NCBI RefSeq assembly: GCF_006345805.1
Contig: NC_043004.1
Coordinates: 8,370,001 to 8,434,000 of the forward strand
DNA: 64,000 bases
Source: Octopus sinensis
Taxonomy: Eukaryota
Direction of reading: 5' to 3'
Part shown: piece after piece, positions 12,381 through 24,241 of the stretch
How positions within the stretch are numbered: position 1 is the stretch's first letter
Layout: each line of letters starts with the position of its first letter
Notes under the pieces: generated by a model
Told to the model about the DNA's origin: nothing
What the model saw: the letters and a program-made list of their open reading frames with translations, nothing else
Databases searched by the model: none
Made by a program: the position numbers and the translations under genes

Positions 12381-13670
12381 AGGGACGTTCAATAAGTAAT
12401 GCCCCTGACCCACTTCCCATAGCAGTAGAGCAACGAAACTTGGAACAGTTATTAGTCTTTTTCTACATAAGAACCACCCAGAGTTACGCATTTCTCCCAT
12501 TGTTTGTTGAAGCACTCTGAAGACCGTTTTGTAGAAGACTCCAGCTTGGTCCTCCAACCACGACGTGACTTCAGAAATCAAGGCTGCATCATCTGGGAAA
12601 CGCTTTCCTTTCAAAAACAACTTCATGGCTGGGAAGAGTGTGAAAATCAGAGGGTGCAAGGTCAGGAGAGTAGGGGGTGGGGGATGAGTTCATAGCCGCA
12701 CGCCTGTGCTTCTGATCTGGCGACACGCGAGTTGTGGATCGGAGCGTTGTCCTGCAGGAGGAGGATGCCTTTGCTGATCTTGCCCCGCCTCTTGATTTTG
12801 ATAGCTTCTCTTAATTTCCTCAAAAGTGAAGCATAATAGACTCCTGTAATTGTGGCACCCTTTGCCAGGAAATCTGTCATCACTACTCCGTCCTGGTCCC
12901 AGAAGACTGTGAGCATGACCTTGCCAGCGGAGGGCTGCACCCTTGCCTTCTTTGGAGGAGGTGAGTCACGGTGCTTCCACTGCATTGACTGGGCTTTGGT
13001 CTCTGGATCATAGTGATGGATCCAGGTTTCATCTGTGTTAATCAGTCTTTTGAAAAAATTTTGACTCATCTTCTTGACACGTCTCCAAATTCATCCTCGA
13101 GCAATCGACGCGTTCTTGCTTCTGGAAAGGGTGTGAGCAACCTGGGAATCCATCTGGCAGACACCTTTTGCATATGCAAATGGTCATGAATGATAGTTTC
13201 CACAGACCCGGTACTAATCTTGACCTCATGGGCTATTTGGCGAATAGTTATGCGTCGATCTTCCAAAATGGCAGCCTCAACTTGACGGAGAGATGCCTCA
13301 TCCATGGCAGAAGGGGGCAACCCATCTGGGAGCTGTTTCCACAGAGTTCCGACCATGTTTGAATTAACGATGCCAGCTTTTAAACAAGGTCGTATGATGG
13401 GGCATCATCACCATAAGTTACTTTCATTTCATCAAAGTCTCCCGTGGTGTGCGTCCTTTCAAATACAAAAACCGGATCACTGCTCGACACTCAACAGGCT
13501 CCATTTCACACTTGACTCAGTTCAAACACCTGTAAATCAGAAACCACAATTAGTTCAGAGCTGTAATTTGCCACTTAATCTATAGAGATATAATAATTGC
13601 ACATGCAAATTTTCAGCTAGATCAAACAACTGCAATTGGGTCAGAGGCATTACTTATTGAACGCCCCTCG
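12381..13670 (-). mobile_element. Mariner (DD34D) transposon, ~1.29 kb
   Basis: TIRs 12381-12412 and 13637-13670 (cgttcaataagtaatgcc(c/t)ctgaccca). TA at 13671-72. Left terminal ~4 bp eroded. Confidence 0.95.
12440..13440 (-). pseudogene. Frameshifted mariner transposase
   Basis: WIPRLL, TDETWIHHYDPETK, QDNAPIH and YSPDLAPSDF motifs split over several frames. Confidence 0.95.
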
Positions 13671-14167
13671 TATTTATAGTATCTATAGTATTTATTCGAT
13701 ACTATATTACTACGAATTGATTATTTCTATTTTACATAAGATTTCCGAAAGTTTGTTTAAGTTTGTTTATTTGTATTTTGAAATTAGCTATTTCATCTTT
13801 AAATATGAAAAATTAATTTATTAGGTTTTTATTATATGTGCATATTATTTATTTATATAGATTATTTAGATTTTTCTTAATTATAATATTTATATCATTT
13901 ATATTTTCATTGATAATTTATATATATTAGTCATTTTTAAATATTTATGTAATTAGATATAGACTAATACCGATATTAGATTATTGGTGGGTTTCCTACC
14001 TTATAAATTAAATTAATATTTAACATTATAGTCGATTTTGATAAATCATAATTGTTAAGTTTTATGTTTCTAGTTTGATAATAGAGATTATTATAAGTAA
14101 AATTATTATATTATTATATCTTAAAAATATTGTTTAAATATTTCTGATTATATTTTAGATATTTCAA

Positions 14168-14239
14168 TTAACCTGAAGATTGACTGTAACCATAACTCGA
14201 ATTATTACGAATTGTACAGCCATGAACGATCGTAGTGTT
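14168..14239 (+). ncRNA. Decayed type I hammerhead-like motif
   Basis: CUGAAGA-U, stem II tgactgta/tacagcca, U-GAA (one A missing), palindromic ACGAUCGU then A. Same architecture as 19960-20046. Confidence 0.5.
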
Positions 14240-14396
14240 TTTACTCTTTATCTTTTATTAAACTTTGAATACTTTTGATATATATTTAAAATAATATAAA
14301 TTAATTAATTTTATGTATTGGCTTATGTTTTTCATTGTCTGATTTTCCTAATAGTGGTTTTATCTCTAATTTAATATATTATATATATATATATAT

Positions 14397-14444
<48 letters not shown>

Positions 14445-14627
14445 GCATATATGTATGCATACACACACACAAGCACACAAGCATACGCATTATGGCATCC
14501 AATAATTTTCAAAGTACTTTATTCTATATAGATATAATATATTATACGTAACAATAACTATACGCATGTGCGTGAGTGTATCATGTATGTATGCATGTAT
14601 GTAGGTATGTGTTTATATATATATGTG

Positions 14628-14708
<81 letters not shown>

Positions 14709-14789
14709 TATATTCGCTTAGGTTTTAATGTGTGTGTGTGAGTATGCGCGATGTAAGACCTACAACACTTGTACACAATTCCACGATTC

Positions 14790-15030
14790 ACTGGCGCCTT
14801 TCTCCATCAATATGAAATATGCTGACGACACAACCCTAATAACCACGATGTGAATAGTGTAGAAAAAATGGGGTATAAAAATAAATGGTTGGAAATGTAA
14901 TCCTGTCACGTAGCCCACAAATAATCATAGTGGATTCTTGTCAAGTAGAACACGTGACCGAATTCGAGTTTTGCGGTAACGAAGTCCGGAATAGATCTGA
15001 AAACGGGAAGAGATGGCTTAGACAAATATA
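14790..15030 (+). mobile_element. RTE-type LINE RT fragment
   Basis: Translates to NMKYADDTTLI...GIKIN...VEHVTEFEFCG with stops and frameshifts. Confidence 0.65.
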
Positions 15031-15108
15031 AATATATATATATATATATATATATCAGAGTAAGCACATAAATGTGAAACAAGGTGGGAAGATACCGGAG
15101 GTAGAGTG

Positions 15109-15300
15109 ATATGCTTTATTACTTGAGTTACAAAAACATCACAAAAAAAAATGGCATTCAGTGTTTCACGTTCCCGTTCGTCGGACAATTGTGATTCAGA
15201 GTCACCACTGAATCACAACTGTCCGACCAACAGGAATGTGAAACTGTGAGCAGCAGTTTTTTTTTGTGTGATGTTTTTTGCAGCTTTAAATAAAGCATAT
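15109..15300. repeat. ~190-bp imperfect palindrome with two outward-reading hammerhead-like cores
   Basis: Arms gtttcacgttcccgttcgtcggacaattgtgattcag / ctgaatcacaactgtccgaccaacaggaatgtgaaac, with outer arms reaching atatgctttatt / aataaagcatat. Confidence 0.8.
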
Positions 15301-15306
15301 GTGTGT

Positions 15307-15358
<52 letters not shown>

Positions 15359-15443
15359 GTGTGTGTTGTCTCTGTGTGTGTATGCGTGTGGTCTGTGTAT
15401 GTGTGTAAGAACAAGGAAATGTTCTGGAACAGACAACAGGAGG

Positions 15444-15519
<76 letters not shown>

Positions 15520-15712
15520 GTGTTTGTCGGTCTGTTTGTCTGCCTGTCTAAGGAATGCCATAATTTTTTTGTTGGTTCCACTTCAGTCGTAAAACGTAAC
15601 ATAAACACCAAAGAAGGAATTCATTTCCTACTCAAAGACATGAGCCATAAACATCGAACGACTTTCAATAACCCTTTCGCTCCTTAATGATGATGATGAC
15701 GACGAAGATAAC

Positions 15713-15773
<61 letters not shown>

Positions 15774-16257
15774 CGTAAGACAAAACAAAATATCCTGCCT
15801 CCTTCCATTATAATCATTCCAGCACCTCTTCCACCATCACTCACTAGTAATCAACGTGGTTTTTGCGCCAACACTTAACCTATTGAAGTAAACGGTTATT
15901 GTTTATTCCCTCGCGTTTTTTCTCTTGAAGAATTCTTTAATGTCTACATAACGTCTGTTTAGAAAATTTTTATTCATGCATAAATGTGGCAACGTTGCTT
16001 GTTTTTGTTGGAAATCATTTAACTTTATACCATAAAGATGAATTAATTTCACATCACGGGATTTCACGTTACCTCAAGATTCTTCACGAATGCATTGCTT
16101 ACGTAATGCGAGGGATTCTTGTATATAAGTGCTAGTGCTATCTGTTCGCAAGACCGAGACGAGATTGAACCTCTTGGAATGAAGAACTCGGGTTGCGTGA
16201 TATTTGGCTAATGGTCTGCTACAATTTATTTATATTAGAGCAGAATTAATTACCTTG

Positions 16258-16325
16258 CTCAAGGACTCGAATTCATGCGCTTACATTCACAAATCCAAGA
16301 GCCTAACCACTTGGCCGCACCTTCC
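16258..16325 (-). mobile_element. tRNA-like SINE head remnant
   Basis: Minus strand gcggccaagtggttagg...gaattcgagtcc (A and B boxes); no intact cloverleaf. Confidence 0.45.
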
Positions 16326-17049
16326 AAACACACACACACACACACACACACATACATGCATACACACACACACACACTCTCTCTCATACACATGCTCATA
16401 CGCACACATGCGGACGTAGATGCACTGACACACGGACACACAGACACACATATATATATGTGTACAGAGAGAGAGAGAGAGAGAGGGGGGACAGAGAGAA
16501 AGAAAGAGAGAGAGAGAATAAGAGAAATAAAGAGAGAGAGAGAGAAAGAATAAGAGAGAGAAAGAAAGAGAAATAGAGCGGTAAAGAAACAGAATAAGAG
16601 AGAGAAGAGAGAGAGGAGAGAGGCAAACAGATAGGCAGAAGGAGAGCTGTGTGTATGAGTGACTGAAAAGCCGCATCTGTCTGTCGAGGAATTATCTGTT
16701 TAACAATCTGTATATTACAAAACTAAATAATTAAAATCCGGAGGATTTCCTGTGCCGCAATCTAAGCAGCGCTAAATTACCAGTGGCAGGTATATCAATA
16801 TGGTGCTAGCGGAGCATATTTCCTGGCCATCAAAACTCAACACGAACGGCAAGCGTAAACAGGCGATCTATGTTAAATATTTACAATACATGTTTGTCTT
16901 TAACGATTGACAGCTGGGCGTCACAGTTGATTGCTGTTTCGTACTAAAACAACTGATATGGCCGATTGTACTTTCATTAAACCAGGTGTCAAAATATTCT
17001 GTGGTGTCTAACATACATATTACGACCGTAACTTCCGTATTCTCATGCT

Positions 17050-17414
17050 TGTGGTAGTTCGTCGGTTACGACGACGAGGTTTCCAGTTGATGCAATCAAC
17101 GGAACAGCTGTTCGTGAAATTAACGTGCAAGTGGCTGAGCACTCCACAGACAGGTGTACCCTTAACATAGTTCTTGAGGAGATTCACCGTGACTCAGAGT
17201 GTGACATGAGTGGCCTTTTGAAATACAGGTCCAACAGAAACAGGAAGAACGAGTAATAGAAATTTGTGGTAAAAGAGTACAGCAGGGTTCGCCACCACGC
17301 CCTGCCGGAGCCTCGTGGAGCTTTAGGCGTTTTTGCTCAATAAACACTCACAACGAAACCGCGATCCTACGACCACGAGTCCGCTGCCCTAACCACTGGG
17401 CCATTGCGCCTCCA
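17050..17414 (-). mobile_element. SINE family A, near full length
   Basis: Reverse complement is collinear with 8501-8869. Confidence 0.9.
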
Positions 17415-17761
17415 CGCTAGCTAGATAGATACGTATACATATCATACTCACTCCACCCCCATACTAATGTTTTACCGATAGCAGAGAAAATGTGTTGAAA
17501 AGTAGAGAACCCTACAGTAAACAAATCACTCGTTTCTGGGCTCAAACTTATCGTCATGTTCGCTTCTAATAAACATGTTGTATGTTTAGTGTTTGGCGTG
17601 ATGTTTGAAGCATAATTTAGAAGAAATAATACCTTAATATAAATCAATAAGCAACAACGAGAACCTGCTGTAATCATCTTCCTACACACATCCTTTCTTT
17701 TCTCCCGTATTGTTCATTTTGTTTTTCTTAATGTAAACCCTTGTGGTCAATAAAGAAATCA

Positions 17762-17940
<179 letters not shown>

Positions 17941-19139
17941 CATTGAATGCGGACACCAGGCGGCCCATATCATCTGAATCTCTCACTGAAAGCATGCTAT
18001 AAGTCTTTCGTTGCTCACAGCCATTAAGCTCTGACGATCTTTCTACACCCGTAGAACATCTGGGGACTCCTTCTCTGCTAATACACATTAATTACATGTT
18101 GTTGTTGTTGTTGTTGTTGTTTTTGCTGTTGTTGTTGTTGTTTAAGTGTATGCATAGTTTCTTGAAACCATCATCTTGGAAAATCAAAAACAAAACAAAA
18201 ACAAAATGTCAACAGCGCGTGCTTTCTTGTGTTTTTCTGAAATAACAAATCCATGTAATGAAATATAATAACAGTGCCGATAAATTTGGTTAAAATCTGA
18301 AATTATTTTCGGTAAGGTGCTCCTGCTGTTGTCCTTCACTTGCGCGTTACTCTTGAGCGAGAAAACTTATAAGGAGGGTTATTTTAAGCTTTTTATCTAA
18401 AACTAGATTAACTGATGTAGTCTTTTGTTTTATATATACGTATCCTCTTAAATGAGATTTGACTATCATTTCTAACAGACAGACTGACCACATAGTGTCT
18501 CCTTTATTAGCTCGTGGTCATCCGCAGGAAGATGAATGTGCAATAACAGTGAAATGCTGGGACTAAATGTCCTACAGTTTCTGAGATCAAATCCTGCTGA
18601 GAAAGAATTTGCTTTTCTTCAATTTGTGGTCAAATAAATAACAGTGGGATTCTTTAATTCGAGCGAAACAATGGAATTTGCAGCCCCACCCATCCTAAAT
18701 AGAATGTTTCTGAGTTCATCGTATATACAGATAACATTATTAAGATTTAGAGGCAGTGAACTGACATGGAACAAAAAAATTACAAGTAGAGTTCACCAGC
18801 TTATGGAAAATGTTGTCAGGGTTCCACGACAAAATAAGTTTGGGAACGACGGCTCTTGTTTCTGACTTTAAATTTTCTCTTGGCTTTAAATCTTAACTTT
18901 CCGACATCTTTAAACTGTTGTGTCAGTAACAGAACGATAAACCAGGTTAACATTAATATTTTGTGAAATTCGAGTATGATAATATTTAGTATCTTTGTAA
19001 TACTATAACAGGTGCATTAATAATAGTTTTAATTAGAATGAGATGCTGGGTATATTTTTTTTGTCAAAAATGGGGTGAAATTTTGCCAGATTTGTTAAGA
19101 TGAATAAACAATCAGAGGAAATGAATTACAATAAATTTT

Positions 19140-19228
19140 CTTTTCTACTCAAGGCACAAGGCCCGAAATTTGTGAGGGTGGGGGCAGTCTATTAGATCGA
19201 CACCAGGACGGAACTGGTACTTAATTAA
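19140..19228 (-). mobile_element. SINE family C, 3' fragment
   Basis: caaggcccgaaattt...gatcgacaccag...aactggtacttaatt matches the family C tail. Confidence 0.65.
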
Positions 19229-19504
19229 TGTGTGTGTGTAAAATGGTGAATGAAGGAATGAAAATCAAAGCAAACGAAAAGCTACCCAAATAATATGGAG
19301 TGAATTATACTTCCTGCTACGTGATGTGTTTTGAATAATATATATTTCTAAAATCATTCTTCCGGATTGATTTTATTGCGAGAATCGGAGAGAATTCTCA
19401 CTTGGAAATAGGAAACGAGAATAAGACACGGTGAGACGTCTTATCGCTCTTCATCAATTTCAAGTGTTATTCTAATCTCCATCTGGCGGATGCGTATAGA
19501 CATA

Positions 19505-19700
19505 AATCCTCCTTCCTCCTCTTCTTCTTCTTCTTCGATTCTTTTCTTCTTCTTCTTCTTCTTCTTCTTCTTCCTTCTTTCTTCTTCTTCTTTCTTCTTC
19601 TTCTTCTTCCTTTCTTCTTTTTCTTTCTTCTTCTTTTTATTCTTCTTCTTTTTTTCTTCTTTGCTTCTTCTTCTTCTCTCTTCTTCTTCTTCTTCTGTCG
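19505..19700. repeat. (TTC)n microsatellite
   Basis: Direct inspection. Confidence 0.95.
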
Positions 19701-19804
19701 CTCTCTTTTTCCCTTCTGTATATATTTTCAGATGAATATGGTAATTAATTGAGGCACCAGAATTTAGTACGGTATTATCCATACAATTTCAAAGTAAAGT
19801 GATT

Positions 19805-20200
19805 AAAATCAAAATAAGCAACATGAATATCCAGAGGTAACTTCTATGCTGGAGTAAGACAGCATGTTCTATGTCTGTCTCCTTAACATCTTGGAGATTT
19901 TAGGTATAATTATACTAATGTGCCCATCTGTACAAATTTAATTAAATTCTATGTCTTTGTGCAGCTGAAGATTGCTCTGCATTTTAAATTGATGTAAAGA
20001 TTGCATTGTTCAATTAAATAGAGTTGCATGAAACGATCGTACTGCATTATTTCTGGATATCTGGATATCCTTGTTGCTTATTTTGATTTGATATATATAT
20101 ATATATAAAATCAAAATAAGCAACAAGGATATCCAGATATCCAGAAGTAATGCAGTACGATCGTTTCATGCAACTCTATTTAATGAACAATGCATAATCT
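19805..20200. mobile_element. Penelope-like terminal-repeat remnant with inverted duplications
   Basis: ~92-bp arms 19998-20089 / 20108-20200 around (AT)n; a further inverted copy of the terminus at 19805-19835; carries a hammerhead core. Confidence 0.6.
19960..20046 (+). ncRNA. Type I hammerhead ribozyme candidate
   Basis: Stem I tgcag/ctgca, CUGAAGA 19965-71, GAAA 20030-33, helix III palindrome ACGAUCGU, GUA triplet (cut after 20041). Stem II closed by U-U. Confidence 0.65.
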
Positions 20201-21032
20201 AATATATATATATTATATATATATTATCTATATAATATATATATAATATATATATATATAACACTACACGCTCATATATCGAACAGTGAGAAGAGTGCTC
20301 AACACCATATTGGTAGTGAATATTCTTCATTACTGGGTTAATAAAGCTACCGATGATTTCATGTAAAGAGGAACGGCTTAACAATTATCAAGCCTGTCAC
20401 ACCAGAGCCTTGGTACTCGTCTCAATATTGGATGAGTGTATATAAACATGTGTGTGTATGTGTGTACGCGCGTGCATATGACTATCTATCTAGAAATAGA
20501 TGATTTTTGAGAAAGTTACTAGATACATCGCTACACCTTTTAGACGCAAGTCAAATATATAACACCACGTGGCTGATTACTGGTATTTCTTATATTTACC
20601 TTCATTTTTTTAAGTATTGCAAATATTCTTTAGACGAGTTTTGCTTTGTCTTTTTACTATGTTACAGTCAACTTGGCCTCTACTTTAATGAGATATAATG
20701 ATATTTTGCCCCGTGTTTTTAAATGTCCGAACTAAAAGAAAAGTAAAAGAATAGAGGAAAGAGCACAACATAAAGAAATTAAACGAGTAGCTACACAAAT
20801 AAAGGCAATATATATATATATATGTGTATATATGTATTGCTCTATTTCCTGTTACTTGATATGTCTGAAATAATCCGATCTTCAGAGAGATCAGTCTTCC
20901 GGATTGATTTTATAGGAAGCTCGAGTAAGACATAAGGGGGGCGGCTCTATCCTCCTTCATCAGCTTTAAGTGTTTTACTAATTTCCATCTAGTGGAGAAC
21001 CTAGTTTTGCGGCTATATATATATACATATAA

Positions 21033-21640
21033 TCCAGCCGCCTGGATTACTGCTCACAGCTATGGTCACCCACCAGTGTGAAATTAACAGCGGACCTTGA
21101 AGCAATCAAGAGAAGATTCACAAAGAAGATCGTCTCTTTGCAACAGCTCAGCTACTGGGAAAGGTTGAAACAGCTAAGACTCTACTCCCTGGAGAGAAGA
21201 CGAGAGAAGTATGCAGTATATATGTCTGGAAGATCCTGGAAGGAATTGTGCCAAATTTGGCATTGTAAGCTACACCAATGCTAGAACGGGAACCCTGCAT
21301 AGTGCCCAAATCCCAGCAATGCCATCACGCTTCAGGACCAGCTACTGCATCAGCCTGGGTTTCACGGACCTACAGCTTTTTAATATTCTCCCAAAGAGTC
21401 TGAGGAACTTGCACAAAGTAGATTCTAGCGGTTTTTAAATCAAAGCTGGACATCTTCCTGTCGAGAGTCCCAGATGAACCTACCTCACGCAAGAGGTGCA
21501 AATGAGAGTAGCTATATCAAACTCCATTCTTTAGCAAGGCCAACATTTTAGAGGAGGCTCTTCGTAATAACAGTGTAGCACAAAACGGCGGTGCATCACA
21601 TGGCTGCGGCTCTGAGCTAAAACAAGAAAAGACTACTACA
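21033..21640 (+). mobile_element. CR1-clade LINE 3' fragment
   Basis: SRLDYCSQLWSP...LEAIKRRFTK...YWERLKQLRLYSLERRR...QLFNILPKSLRN...SKLDIFL, then 3' UTR and (TACA)n. Confidence 0.85.
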
Positions 21641-21674
21641 TACATACATACATACATACATACATACATACAAC

Positions 21675-21750
<76 letters not shown>

Positions 21751-21752
21751 TA

Positions 21753-21791
<39 letters not shown>

Positions 21792-21794
21792 TAT

Positions 21795-22100
21795 GGAGGC
21801 GCAATGGCTCAGTGGTTAGGGCAGCGGACTCGCGGTCGTAGGATCGCGGTTTCGATTCCCAGACCGGGCGTTGTGAGTGTTTATTGAGCGAAAACACCTA
21901 AAAAACTCCACGAGGGTCCGGCAGGGGGTGGTGATCCCTGCTGTACTCTTTCACCACTATTTTCTCCCACTCTTTCTTCTGTTGGCTTGCTCGCTTAGCC
22001 AGCGGGGTGGCGTCATTCGAAGGCTAAAACAATGCGAACGCATTGTGACCAGCGATGTGTAACTACATCTGCTGGACTGGTCGGTCACGTGATCACGTGA
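21795..22100 (+). mobile_element. SINE with family A head and an alternative 3' module
   Basis: First ~185 bp match 8501-8680; the remainder matches 33151-33268 and ends tcacgtgatcacgtga. Confidence 0.85.
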
Positions 22101-23064
22101 TATATATATATATACATATATGTATGTGTAAGTATATATCTGTGTGAGTGTGTGTATACACATACGCGCACGCGCACACACACAGACACGTTTGTTTTGC
22201 CGGATTCCTGATGGGAAGTCGCGTATTGAAACAAATATTGTTATATTTAGGGGATCTTCATGCTTCTTTTCCAATTAACCACACGCACTATATACTTGCT
22301 CTTCACTTCAGCTAAAAGAGATTGAATGAAAATAAATCAAATTCGATTAAATTAATCGATGGAATTCTGTCATATTTATTTAAGATGTCCATATGGAAGG
22401 GGCATTTGCTAATTGTGCTTTAAATCATATGGAAATTACCGTGTCTTGTATGTAGTGCTATGATTTATATATAAAAAAATGATATTTTCAGATGATTATA
22501 ATAACGGTAACTAGTTAAAAGTTAAACCGGATATTGTCTCGACCGTTAACCCTTAAATTGAGGCACATCCCCATTGTGTAGCGGATATTAATTTGAACTC
22601 AGTATTAATCCTACCCGCCCCGCATGGAAGCATTTAAATGGTTTTTTTCCATGCAGGTGCGAACATCCCAAGGCTAGTTCCGCTCTATTGTTAAGCAATT
22701 GCTGTTTCAATGTAAGCATCTCGTACATTTCCTCCATGCACAACTCACATCATTTACCTCCTTTTACATAACGAATAAAATAAAAAAGTGCTAATTTTTT
22801 CGTCCTATACTAAATTTAGCGTGTTTACCCTTAAGCGAGTAGATGAACTTGCTCAAGCTAGTGTTGTTCATCTTAACGCTGCCCTTAAACGAATTCAAAT
22901 AGATTTAAAGTTGGTCACACCTATATAAAAGTAGAAACCCCCCACCCACCAAAAAAAGAAAATCCTTCATCGGTATACTAAATTCTTCCTCATATTCTGC
23001 GTATTTAAGGGATAGATTTTATTTTTACTACACTTAGAGACTTCTATCTTTATTATTATTACAT

Positions 23065-23280
23065 AGCTGGCAGAATCGTTAGCACGCCGGGCGAAATGCT
23101 TAGCGGTAGTTCGCCCGTCGCTACGTTCTGAGTTCAAATTGCACCGAGGTAAACCTTTGCCTTTCATCCTTTCGGGGTTAATAAATTAAATACCAGTTGA
23201 GTACTGGGGTCGATGTGTGCGACTGTTCCCCTCCCCGCAAAACCCAGGCCGTGTACCTATACTAAAAAGGATTCTTATTA
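23065..23280 (+). mobile_element. SINE family C
   Basis: Full head and core; tail ends aaaaggattcttatta. Confidence 0.85.
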
Positions 23281-23759
23281 TCTATGCCAGTGGTACTCGT
23301 ACTAGGTGCCCTTCTTGTTTGTGTATCTATGGATCTGCTATTGTTTACATTCCAGCTACTGTCCCGGGTTTTTAGGCTCTTATTTCTAACGATTCCTGAA
23401 CCTGGACTAGTTTTTATAGGAATTATAGCAGCTGCCTCACCTGCTATCCATTTCTCGAGTGCTAGCTTCCTCACAATGCATTTAATCGTAGTGCTTGGAA
23501 TCGATTCCCGTTGGCTACTTAAATTCCTAGCCCTGTGCTCAGGGTTTTTAACGTTTGAAGTACTGCTATTAAAATCATTTCCACTACCTGTCTTATTGCT
23601 AGCTTCAGCTTTCTGGAATTCGGATAGTTTCTTAATGCTGTGCTCTACTAAGATTTCTGAAGGGGTTTTTACCATTCCTAATGTCCTGACTAATATTACT
23701 TTTTGCTACCATTTTTACTTGGGAGTTTTACTCTATTTCCTTTCGCATGTTTATCTTTC

Positions 23760-23760
<1 letters not shown>

Positions 23761-23814
<54 letters not shown>

Positions 23815-24191
23815 CATCATCATCATCCATCATCATCATCATCATCATTGTCGTCGACGCCGTCGTCGTCGTTCATCATCATCGTCATCGTCATCGTTAT
23901 CATCATCGTCATCATCATCATTATTATTATTATTACTATTATTTTATTAGTATTCTTCTTTTCCTCTTCTTCTTCTTCTTATTATTATTATGATTATTAT
24001 TATATTATTATTATTATTATTATTAGTAGTAGTAGTATTACTATTACTATTACTATTATTATTACTTTATTATTATTATTATTATTATTATTATATTATT
24101 ATTATTATTATTGTTATTATTGTTATTATTATTGTTATTATTATTATTATTATATTACTATAGTATTACTATCATTATTATTATTTTATTA

Positions 24192-24240
<49 letters not shown>
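23761..24240. repeat. (ATT)n/(CAT)n/(CGT)n compound microsatellite
   Basis: Direct inspection. Confidence 0.95.

Positions 24241-24241
<1 letters not shown>

Noticed and set aside
11996-14370. Mitochondrial insertion (NUMT)
   Set aside because: AT-rich, but I found no recognisable mitochondrial rRNA, tRNA or protein motif. A BLAST against the mitogenome would settle it.
20345-20385. ccgatga...gaggaac as another U4C hammerhead
   Set aside because: Stems I and II do not pair convincingly and GAAA is incomplete.
20870-20965. Two minus-strand CUGANGA motifs
   Set aside because: No properly placed GAAA after either; at most degraded remnants.
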